Shown here piece after piece: positions 6,763 to 13,882 of a stretch of DNA of 13,882 nucleotides (positions are counted from its first letter, which is position 1; every line of letters starts with the position of its first letter). A program made the position numbers and the translations under genes. Under the pieces are notes generated by a model, which had not been told where the DNA came from, ran no database searches, and saw only the letters and a list, made by a program, of their open reading frames with translations. This stretch comes from Gemmatimonadota bacterium (GTDB taxonomy: Bacteria > Gemmatimonadota > Gemmatimonadetes > Gemmatimonadales > GWC2-71-9), in assembly GCA_036679645.1 (NCBI GenBank), contig JAZDCY010000072.1, positions 1 to 13,882 of the forward strand. Direction: 5' to 3'.

Positions 6763-8217
6763 ATGAAGACGAAGAGATGCCTGCTCGCGGCGGTGGCGCT
6801 CGCGATCACCGCTCCGACACTGGCCGCGCAGGCCCCCGACCGGAGTCACCCACCCGACTTGGGTCCTCCGCCCACGCTGAGCCTTCCCGCCATCACAGAT
6901 CACACGTTGCCGAACGGCCTGCGTATCATCTACATGGCGAAGCAGAGCGTTCCCCTGGTTCAGATCAACATCGTGATCAAGACCGGGTCGGTCATGGATC
7001 CGGACGATCTGCCGGGCCTCGCCGGCGTGACGGCGGCGATGCTCGATGAGGGCGCCGGCGGACGGGACGCGCTCGAGTTCTCGGAAGCCATCGACTTTCT
7101 CGGTGCGAGCATCCGGGTGAGCAGCGGCTTGCATTTGACCACCATCTCACTCCATGCCCCCGTTGCCCGACTCGACGCCGCCATGGAGTTGCTTGCGGAT
7201 GTCGTGCTGCGGCCGGCTTTCTCTGCGGAGGAGCTGGACCGACTACGGCGACAGCGGTTGACGCAACTCGTTCAGTGGCATGACGAGCCGCGCGCCATCG
7301 CCAGCGCGATCTACAACCGCACTCTGTTTGGCGAGGATCACCCGTACGGCCGCTCGTCGTTCGGTACCGCACAGAGTCTCACGAACGTGTCGGCGGATGA
7401 CCTGCGTGCCTTCCACAGCACCTATTTCGTGCCGGCGAACGCGGCGGTCGTGATCGTGGGCGACATTGCCGAGGAAGAGGCGTTGACGCGGCTGCGTGCC
7501 GCGTTTGGCTCGTGGACGGGCGGCGATGTGGGCGAGGTCCGCGTGGACCGGGTCCGTCAGGTGCGGGGCCGCGAGGTGATCCTGGTCGATAAACCCGAGG
7601 CGGCGCAGTCGGTCATTCGGATTGGGCGCATCGGGGCCGCACGGGATACGGACGATTACTACGCGCTGGTCGTCATGAACACGATCCTCGGCGGATCGTT
7701 CGCGTCACGCCTGAACCAGAAGCTGCGTGAGGAAAAGGGGTATACCTACGGCGCGCGGTCGAGGTTTTCCTTCCGTCCCACGGCGGGTCCCTTCACCGCG
7801 TCCGCCGACGTGCAGACGGCGGTGACGGACTCGGCACTCTACGAGTTCATGTATGAACTGCGCGGGATTCTCGAAGACGTCACGGACGAAGAGATGACAC
7901 GTGCAAGGAACTTCGTCGCCCTGCGTTTCCCGTCCGGCATGCAGGCGGTCTCGCAGATTGCAGGTGGCATCGAAACGCTGTACGAGTATGATCTCCCGCT
8001 CGACTACTACAACACGTACATCCAGAGTATCCTCTCGGTCACGAAAGATGACGTGATGCGTGTGGCGCGAGAGTACATCGACCCGGACAATATCTCCATC
8101 ATAATCGTCGGCGATCGGAGCGTGATCGAGGATAGTGTGCGCGCGCTGAATCTGGGAGAGATTCGGGTGATGTCGGTGGAGGATGTGCTGGGTCCGCCTC
8201 CGGAGATTCGTGAGTGA
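6763..8217 (+). CDS. M16B protease non-catalytic partner subunit, exported
   Basis: Signal peptide ending LAA-Q. TLPNGLRI present; HxxEH is replaced by GLAGVTAAMLDEG. The C-terminal NTILGGSFASRLNQKLREEKGYTYGARS carries the R/Y pair typical of M16B heterodimer partners. Confidence 0.93.
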   Translation: MKTKRCLLAAVALAITAPTLAAQAPDRSHPPDLGPPPTLSLPAITDHTLPNGLRIIYMAKQSVPLVQINIVIKTGSVMDPDDLPGLAGVTAAMLDEGAGGRDALEFSEAIDFLGASIRVSSGLHLTTISLHAPVARLDAAMELLADVVLRPAFSAEELDRLRRQRLTQLVQWHDEPRAIASAIYNRTLFGEDHPYGRSSFGTAQSLTNVSADDLRAFHSTYFVPANAAVVIVGDIAEEEALTRLRAAFGSWTGGDVGEVRVDRVRQVRGREVILVDKPEAAQSVIRIGRIGAARDTDDYYALVVMNTILGGSFASRLNQKLREEKGYTYGARSRFSFRPTAGPFTASADVQTAVTDSALYEFMYELRGILEDVTDEEMTRARNFVALRFPSGMQAVSQIAGGIETLYEYDLPLDYYNTYIQSILSVTKDDVMRVAREYIDPDNISIIIVGDRSVIEDSVRALNLGEIRVMSVEDVLGPPPEIRE

Positions 8218-8299
8218 GCGGAGAGAGGTGAGCCGTAAGCGGGGAGCGGTGCGCGGGTGTCAATCGAGGCCTGCGCACCGCGCACTGCTCACCGCGCAC
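8214..8299. repeat. Inverted array of degenerate heptamers (GTGMGCG x6, spacer, CGCKCAC x4) between convergent genes; possible terminator or RNA-stability hairpin
   Basis: GTGAGCG GAGAGAG GTGAGCC GTAAGCG GGGAGCG GTGCGCG (8214-8255), then TGCGCAC CGCGCAC TGCTCAC CGCGCAC (8272-8299). Confidence 0.75.
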
Positions 8300-8978
8300 C
8301 CTCAAGTCGATACCCCACCTTCCGCACCGTCAACAGGTGTTTCGGCTGTGCGCTGTCCGCCTCGAGTTTCCTGCGCAGTTCGGCGACGTGCGTGTCCACG
8401 GTACGGCTGAGCACCTCCGCGCTGTAGCCCCATACCTCGGTCATCAGATCCACCCGTGACGCCACCGCGCCCCCGCGGTCGAGGAGGGCGGTGAGGAGAT
8501 CATACTCCTTCGGGGTGAGCTGGATCGTGTCGCCGTTCCGCCGTACCACACGCGTGCTGCGGTCTACCTCGACGTCACCGAAGCGATCGATGGACTTGGA
8601 TGCGCCATTGGGGGGGACGCCACGTCGCAGTAGTGCCTCGACGCGCGCCAGCAACTCTAGCACGCCAAAAGGCTTCGTCACATAGTCGTCGGCGCCCAAC
8701 TTGAGGCCACGGACCTTGTCGGCTTCCTCGCCACGGGCGGTGAGAATGAGGATAGGCGCCGAGAATCCGTTGCCGCGCAATTCGTGCAACACACGGAACC
8801 CGTCGAGTCCCGGGAGCATGAGGTCGAGGATCACGAGATCAGGTTTGGTGTTCCGTGCGCGCTCGAGTCCTGCGGGGCCTTCGCCGACAACATCGACCTC
8901 GTAGCCTTCGATCTCGAGGTTGTTACGCAGGCCAAAGGCGAGGTCTTCGTTGTCCTCGAGGACCAAGACGCGCGTCAC
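8289..8978 (-). CDS. OmpR/PhoB-family response regulator
   Basis: RVLVLEDN, PDLVILDLMLPGLDG, ILILTARGEEADKVRGLKLGADDYVTKPF, and winged helix LTPKEYDLL...RTVDTHVAELRRKLE...TVRKVGYR. GTG 8978 overlaps the kinase stop. Confidence 0.96.
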   Translation of the reverse strand: MTRVLVLEDNEDLAFGLRNNLEIEGYEVDVVGEGPAGLERARNTKPDLVILDLMLPGLDGFRVLHELRGNGFSAPILILTARGEEADKVRGLKLGADDYVTKPFGVLELLARVEALLRRGVPPNGASKSIDRFGDVEVDRSTRVVRRNGDTIQLTPKEYDLLTALLDRGGAVASRVDLMTEVWGYSAEVLSRTVDTHVAELRRKLEADSAQPKHLLTVRKVGYRLEGAR

Positions 8979-10597
8979 GGCGCGTCCTCCGCGGCTGGTA
9001 GCTCGATGAGGAAGCGCGATCCACCGCTCGGTGCCCTCTCCCACCAGGCGCGTCCGCTCTGGAGTTGGGCCAGCTCCCGCACCACGGCCAGGCCAATCCC
9101 GGTTCCCGCGACGGCGGCGTCCTGCTCCCGCTCCAGGCGCGAAAAGCGGTTCCAGATCTTCTCGCGATCGGAGTGCGGGATGCCCGGACCCTCGTCTTCC
9201 ACCCATAACTGCACCATCCCGTTCACGCGGTCGCAGCCGACGGTCACGGTCTGACCTTCGGGTCCGTACTTCACGGCGTTGTCCAGCAGGTTCAATAGCA
9301 TTTGCTGGACCGCGCCACGGTCGGCGATCGCTGCGTCCCCGGTTCGTACGGCAGTCTGGACGTCGACGGCACGGGCCTTGGCGAGCGGAGCGAAAACTTC
9401 GGTCACGTGCTCGACGATCGGCGCGAGCGGTGTGGGCTCTGGAGATAGGTGGCTCGCGTTCCGCTCCGCGCGCGAAAACTGCAACACGTTCTCCACGAGG
9501 TGTGTAAGGCGGCGTGCCTCCTGATCGATGATCTCGAGCGACCGCTGGCGTTCGGCCTCGTTGCGGACGCGTCCCAACGCTAGCGTCTCGGCGAACATGC
9601 GGATCTCGGCCAAGGGCGTACGCAATTCGTGTGACACGTTCGAGACGAATTCCGTGCGCAGGCGTTGCAGCTCGCTCTCACGCCGGAGCAACAGCAGTGC
9701 GGCCAGGATCAGACCGGCGGTGAGCACGAGCAACCCGCCGATCAACGGGAGGCGGCCGCGCGGCAAGCCCCCAATGATGAGCTGCTCGGCTGCCTCCGGT
9801 CGCAGCGCCACCTGCGCTACGAGCCCGCCCGCCCGCGGACCGAGCGACGTCTCGCCGCGGTAGGGACTGTACGCCGGATCATCGATCCCCGATCGGGCGA
9901 GGACGCGGGACAATCCGTCGCGCAGTTCGATCGACATCAGCGAATCGGGATCGCTACGTCGTGTGAGCGTGGTCGGCAGCAACGGGGCCCGCGTGGCCGA
10001 GCCCGCGAACAACGACCGCACGCTGTCCGGGTCGAGCTCGACTCCGTACGCTGTGAGCGGCCGGTACTCCTCGTCGAACTGGACGGTGTAGACCACTAGA
10101 TGCTGGGCTGGGGACGGATCCACCAGGACCGCCAACACCCACTCGGGGTCGAAGGCGTGGGCCGCGCGCTGGAGCGTGTCGGCAAGCCACCGCTCCATGT
10201 CCTTGCCGAACCGGGCTCCCGTGTGCTGGATGCTGCCGTCGTTGAGGTCCACGCGAAACAGCGAGCGCACGTACGCGATCGCTTGGCGTTCCGACGCGTC
10301 GGAGAGTGGTAGCGCGGCAGGTTCGGGGAGTGGTACTCTGGTCTCTCCGGCGCCAACCCGCGCGAGCACCCGGAAGGTCGGGTAAACCCCGTAGTACTCG
10401 AACTCGCGGCCGGCACGCTGTGCGTAGGTCTCGGCTGCCGCGCTGGCGTAGTCGCGCAGCACGCCCTGAGCCGTTGCGCGGTGATAGGTCGCCGCCATCC
10501 CCGCCTGCACGCCGAGTACGACCGCGAGGACGAGTGTTGCCAGCAGGAGCGCCACTACGAACGTGCTCCGGGACCGCGATCGGGTGCCTCGAATCAT
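8975..10597 (-). CDS. Membrane sensor histidine kinase (HisKA + HATPase_c)
   Basis: Two TM segments flank an extracytoplasmic domain. H-box FVSNVSHELRTPL, N-box NLLDNAVKY, G1 VEDEGPGI, G2 GTGIGLAVV. Confidence 0.96.
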   Translation of the reverse strand: MIRGTRSRSRSTFVVALLLATLVLAVVLGVQAGMAATYHRATAQGVLRDYASAAAETYAQRAGREFEYYGVYPTFRVLARVGAGETRVPLPEPAALPLSDASERQAIAYVRSLFRVDLNDGSIQHTGARFGKDMERWLADTLQRAAHAFDPEWVLAVLVDPSPAQHLVVYTVQFDEEYRPLTAYGVELDPDSVRSLFAGSATRAPLLPTTLTRRSDPDSLMSIELRDGLSRVLARSGIDDPAYSPYRGETSLGPRAGGLVAQVALRPEAAEQLIIGGLPRGRLPLIGGLLVLTAGLILAALLLLRRESELQRLRTEFVSNVSHELRTPLAEIRMFAETLALGRVRNEAERQRSLEIIDQEARRLTHLVENVLQFSRAERNASHLSPEPTPLAPIVEHVTEVFAPLAKARAVDVQTAVRTGDAAIADRGAVQQMLLNLLDNAVKYGPEGQTVTVGCDRVNGMVQLWVEDEGPGIPHSDREKIWNRFSRLEREQDAAVAGTGIGLAVVRELAQLQSGRAWWERAPSGGSRFLIELPAAEDAP

Positions 10598-10628
10598 GCG
10601 ATGAAGGTGTGTCGGGTGAGAAGTCCAA

Positions 10629-11843
10629 TCAAGCTGTTCGCGCGGGGGGCAGGCTTTTCTGACGTCTTTTCGCCGACTTCAGCAAATGATCTGGGATGGT
10701 GGGCTGAGGGCCGGTAGCGCGGTTACGTCCCGCCTGTTTCGCCTGGTACAGTCGCTCGTCGGCGCGCTCGATCACGTCGCGGATCGTCTCGCCGTCTATA
10801 GGCCATCCCGCCAGGCCCAGGCTCACCGTGATGCGTGCCGTGTGTCTTCCGCGCACCGGGATCTCCAGCCTCTCGATGGCGGCGCGAATCTCTTCGACCC
10901 TGGGATACGCCGCCGCCGCAAAGGTCTCGGGGAACGCGATCACGAACTCCTCGCCACCGTACCGCGCCACGAGATCCGTGCGGCGCACGGCGGACCGGAT
11001 GGCCTCGGCGACCATGCGGAGGGCCGTGTCGCCCGCGGCGTGTCCGTATGTGTCGTTGAAGGCCTTGAATCCGTCCAAATCAGCCATGGCGATGGACAAG
11101 GCTCGGCGATAACGGCGCGCACGAATGCCTTCTTCGGCGATGCGCTCGTCAAAGAACCCACGGTTCATGAGTTTCGTGAGTGGGTCGCTCGCCGAGAGCC
11201 AGCGAAGGTGTTCCGTGCGCAGCGTGATAGCGGTACTCACGAGCCCTGCACAGCCCATGAGCAGCATGCGGGCGAACTGGATATTCCACGAAAACATCCC
11301 GTACTCGAACGGCGCGACCGCCGGGTCGTTCAGGATCCAGTGCATGTCCGCGTATGAGACGATGGCCGAGTACTGTCCGACGGCGATCAGACCCGTGAGA
11401 GCGCAGGTACGCGCGTCGTAGCGCAGCGCGGTGGCCCCGATCGCCAGGAAGTAGATGGGGTAGACCACGCGGCTGTTGACGGCGAGGAGCGGTTGATCGA
11501 CGACCAAGTACGTAACCAGTACCGCGCTCACGAGCGTAACGTCGACCACACTCGTGAAGAACCCCAGGAGCGGGTGGTAGATGCGGTTTCGGACGACGAA
11601 ATAGATGATCGCGGCGAGCACCGCGGCGCCGAGGGCGATCATGAGGCTGGCCGAGACATCCCGCCGGCCGGGGTCGGTCACGACCTGTGAGACCGGGATC
11701 ACTACGAGGATGGACGCAATGACCATGCGGATTCTGGCCACTACCAGCTCGCCCTGCGCGCCAGCATCGATCAGGATCTGGTCGGGCGGGCTCCAGAACT
11801 CGTGCCAGCGCTGGGTCCACGTCGCTCTCTGCGGTGCGCTCAT
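10629..11843 (-). CDS. Membrane-bound diguanylate cyclase (GGDEF domain)
   Basis: GGAGG Shine-Dalgarno and a multi-TM N-terminus. Motifs DPLTKLMNR, DLDGFKAFNDTYGHAAGD, RRTD (RxxD I-site), RYGGEEF and ADERLYQAKQAGRN. Confidence 0.95.
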   Translation of the reverse strand: MSAPQRATWTQRWHEFWSPPDQILIDAGAQGELVVARIRMVIASILVVIPVSQVVTDPGRRDVSASLMIALGAAVLAAIIYFVVRNRIYHPLLGFFTSVVDVTLVSAVLVTYLVVDQPLLAVNSRVVYPIYFLAIGATALRYDARTCALTGLIAVGQYSAIVSYADMHWILNDPAVAPFEYGMFSWNIQFARMLLMGCAGLVSTAITLRTEHLRWLSASDPLTKLMNRGFFDERIAEEGIRARRYRRALSIAMADLDGFKAFNDTYGHAAGDTALRMVAEAIRSAVRRTDLVARYGGEEFVIAFPETFAAAAYPRVEEIRAAIERLEIPVRGRHTARITVSLGLAGWPIDGETIRDVIERADERLYQAKQAGRNRATGPQPTIPDHLLKSAKRRQKSLPPARTA

Positions 11844-11942
11844 ATCCTCCTGCTCGTAGCGGTGCCAACCTGTTGGAAAATAAGGGGTTGTCTGTCCCCC
11901 TACGTGCCCGATCGAGCCGTGTAGCGACTGGGTCGGGCGGGG

Positions 11943-12680
11943 CTACGCCTGTGGCATCGCGAGCCTAATGAAATTGTCGAGCAGAACGGCCGTAAGCTGA
12001 AGCGTTTCCTTCTCATGAGTCTGACACTCCGCCACGAGTTCAGCGCGGGATTTCCCGAATTCGGCCAGCTCGTCCGCGTATGCGTGGGCCCAGCGGCCGG
12101 CTTCGACGGCGGTGACCTCGAGGTGGAATTGCACTCCCACCGTCGCGCCATGGCGGAAGATCTGGTTGCGGCATGCCGGCGCCTCGGCCAGGTGATCGGC
12201 GCCTGGGGGGATGTCGAACGTGTCGCCGTGCCATTGAAACGCGGAAAAAGGGTCCGGAAACCCATCCAGGAGGGGATCGTCACGACCGGCTGCGGTGAGC
12301 GACACGTCGTACACACCGATCTCTTTTTCAGGGTTCGGTTTGACCTCGGCACCGATTACGTGAGCGAGGAGTTGTGCACCGCAACAGATGCCGAAACACG
12401 GCGTACCGGAACGGACCGCCGAGGTAAGGAACGCGATCTCGGACAGCAGGAAGGGGTGCCGGTGCGCGTCGTACGCTGCCAGTGGGGTGCCGCCTACGAG
12501 GATTGCGTCGAAATCCGAAGCGTCCGGGAATACAGGATTGCGCCACGCCTCGAGAAAATGGATCTCCGCGCCGCGGGCGCGCAGCTCCGACTCGTAGGCA
12601 CCGAAGGACTCGATCTCGCAGTTCTGGATCGTTAGGATCTTCAGCGCGATGTCAGACAGTGCACGCCATATCCTGGCCAC
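11943..12680 (-). CDS. Class I glutamine amidotransferase-like protein (GMP synthase GATase-like, stand-alone)
   Basis: FDAILVGG, PCFGICCGAQLLA (nucleophile Cys), EIG, FQWHGDTFDIP and GVQFHLE (His-x-Glu). The start is uncertain: GTG 12680 overlaps the upstream gene, and the conserved region begins near 12644. Confidence 0.9.
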   Translation of the reverse strand: MARIWRALSDIALKILTIQNCEIESFGAYESELRARGAEIHFLEAWRNPVFPDASDFDAILVGGTPLAAYDAHRHPFLLSEIAFLTSAVRSGTPCFGICCGAQLLAHVIGAEVKPNPEKEIGVYDVSLTAAGRDDPLLDGFPDPFSAFQWHGDTFDIPPGADHLAEAPACRNQIFRHGATVGVQFHLEVTAVEAGRWAHAYADELAEFGKSRAELVAECQTHEKETLQLTAVLLDNFIRLAMPQA

Positions 12681-12846
12681 AACACATGGGAGACTTGATC
12701 ATCCCGTGACCGTCTGGGCACTTGGTCACCAGCACGCTCGTACCGTCATCTTTACTGAGCGTGTCGTGGACGAGTTCTTTCCCGCACTTGCCGCACGTGA
12801 TCGTACCGATGCTCATCTCGCACTTGTCGCATGTGTAGAACGCCAT
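12652..12846 (-). CDS. Small 64-aa Cys-rich putative metal-binding protein
   Basis: GAGGAG Shine-Dalgarno before ATG 12846. Sequence MAFYTCDKCEMSIGTITCGKCGKELVHDTLSKDDGTSVLVTKCPDGHGMIKSPMCCGQDMACTV, with 8 Cys. It is hidden as the C-terminal part of the 12652..13302 track ORF. Confidence 0.85.
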   Translation of the reverse strand: MAFYTCDKCEMSIGTITCGKCGKELVHDTLSKDDGTSVLVTKCPDGHGMIKSPMCCGQDMACTV

Positions 12847-12928
12847 TGTACTCCTCGTGTTCGTTAGTGAAGGGGCAGGGACAATGCGCCGCCATCGATG
12901 TGGCCGCAACCGATCGCTACGGTACGCG

Positions 12929-13363
12929 CTAGCGTACCCGGATATATGCCCATTCGTGATTCGGGAAGTCATGTGCGGTGAGGCTGCGCAGGTGAAGGCT
13001 GTCTCCCGCCACGATACCGTTGGCGGCGAGCGCTCCGGTAATGCGCTCGAGCAAGAAGATGGAATCGCCCCGCAGCGCGAAAGCTCCGTTGATACCGAGG
13101 GTCGGGTGCCCGGGCGCGATGGTCCGTTGCTCGAACGTGCCGGCTTCATCGAACAGCAGCGTGTCGGCGGTAATGACGAACTGGACGGGGATACGGGCTC
13201 CGGTGAGCGTGATGGGTAGCGGCTTTGCGTCGATGGCGCGGAGGAGAAACGTGCCGTTGAGGTTGGTTGTCGGAGCGTTCGTATCGGTATCGCCGCAGGC
13301 AAACGTCGGCACGGCGAGAAGGGCCAGGAGAAAAACTGATGGCGCCCGGGCGTGCGTACTCAT
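12929..13363 (-). CDS. Hypothetical lipoprotein (beta-rich, possibly lipocalin-like)
   Basis: GGAGG Shine-Dalgarno, hydrophobic FLLALLAVPTFAC lipobox-like signal, then GD..APT...GTFLLRAIDAKPLP and alternating beta-strand patterns. Confidence 0.75.
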   Translation of the reverse strand: MSTHARAPSVFLLALLAVPTFACGDTDTNAPTTNLNGTFLLRAIDAKPLPITLTGARIPVQFVITADTLLFDEAGTFEQRTIAPGHPTLGINGAFALRGDSIFLLERITGALAANGIVAGDSLHLRSLTAHDFPNHEWAYIRVR

Positions 13364-13500
13364 GGGGAGCCTCCGCTGTTCGCAAGAACGTCTCTAATCA
13401 TGGAGGCGGCGCTTGGAGACCCGCAAGGGTGCAGCCCCGATGGGGGAAAGGAGGGGACGCCGACGCAATCTGCGAACGGCGGCGCCTTCCTGCACGTGGT

Positions 13501-13506
13501 TAGATT
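13501..13506 (+). promoter_or_regulatory. Possible -10 element (TAGATT) for the cyclodeaminase gene
   Basis: TAnnnT hexamer in the divergent spacer, with a similar context (GTGnn-TAnnTT-T) to the one at 2429. Confidence 0.3.
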
Positions 13507-13559
13507 TGGTCGCTGGAGGAACGGAACCTGACTCGCCCAACCCCAAGTCGCCAATCAAT

Positions 13560-13882
13560 ATGAAAGACCTCAAGATTCTCTCCGCCCACGACGTCCGCCT
13601 GGCTCTCCCCATGAAGGCCGCCATCGACGCCATGCGCGAAGCCTTTGGCCTTCTCTCGGCGGGGGACGTGGACCTGCCTTTGCGTACGAACGTGATGATC
13701 CCGGCCCAGGACGGCTGCATGCTCTCCATGCCCGCGCGCGCGGCCCGCGCCCTCGGCGTGAAGGTTGTGAGCGTCTTCCCGCGCAACCCCGACCGCGGCC
13801 GCCCGCGAGTCAACGCGACTCTGCTGCTCCTCGATCCCGAGACGGGCGAGCCGACGGCCTTGCTCGACGGCGAGGCCATCAC
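13560..13882 (+). CDS. Ornithine cyclodeaminase/mu-crystallin family protein, 5' part (runs off the window)
   Basis: Not in the ORF track. Translated by hand as MKDLKILSAHDVRLALPMKAAIDAMREAF...LPLR...MLSMPA...LGVKVVSVFPRNPDRGRPRVNATLLLLDPETGEPTALLDGEAI, which carries the family motifs. Confidence 0.92.
   Translation, partial: MKDLKILSAHDVRLALPMKAAIDAMREAFGLLSAGDVDLPLRTNVMIPAQDGCMLSMPARAARALGVKVVSVFPRNPDRGRPRVNATLLLLDPETGEPTALLDGEAI

Noticed and set aside
8979..9206. N-terminal extension of the response regulator
   Set aside because: Lies inside the kinase gene. The receiver domain begins at GTG 8978.
12921..12938. Inverted repeat GGTACGC-GCTA-GCGTACC over the lipoprotein stop
   Set aside because: Short, overlaps coding sequence and has no U-tract; compatible with chance.
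12847..13302. Ser/Pro-rich upstream part of the 216-aa ORF
   Set aside because: Off-frame shadow of the lipoprotein gene. The real gene starts at ATG 12846 with a Shine-Dalgarno.
13430..13500. c-di-GMP-I riboswitch (GAAA...GACGCAA resemblance, GGDEF gene nearby)
   Set aside because: No GGCAAAC 5' element or correctly arranged P2/P3 stems.
13394..13882. 162-aa minus-strand ORF
   Set aside because: Antisense to the clear ornithine cyclodeaminase-family frame.

Overview
GC-rich bacterial chromosomal window with densely packed, often start/stop-overlapping genes. There is no transposase, integrase, CRISPR array, rRNA or tRNA. Minus strand, left: a secreted hypothetical protein with an internal domain duplication, coupled to an unusual single ORF. 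That ORF joins a complete Hsp15/HslR (S4) domain, through an internal signal-peptide-like segment, to a PqqL-like M16 zinc protease. The protease part is frameshifted by an exact 11-bp tandem duplication, and the correct frame runs on past the window edge. Plus strand: an apparent operon of ATP-grasp ligase, SCO lipoprotein, a repeat/hairpin spacer with a bridging 41-codon mini-ORF, PCuAC lipoprotein, a CtaG-like protein lacking typical His residues, and a catalytic plus non-catalytic M16B protease pair. An inverted heptamer-repeat array separates this from converging minus-strand genes: lipoprotein, 64-aa Cys-rich protein, class I glutamine amidotransferase, membrane GGDEF protein, sensor kinase and OmpR-type regulator. 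A partial ornithine cyclodeaminase-family gene starts at the right edge. The best novelty candidate is the Hsp15-signal-M16 fusion. All calls come from motif recognition by eye; no searches were run.
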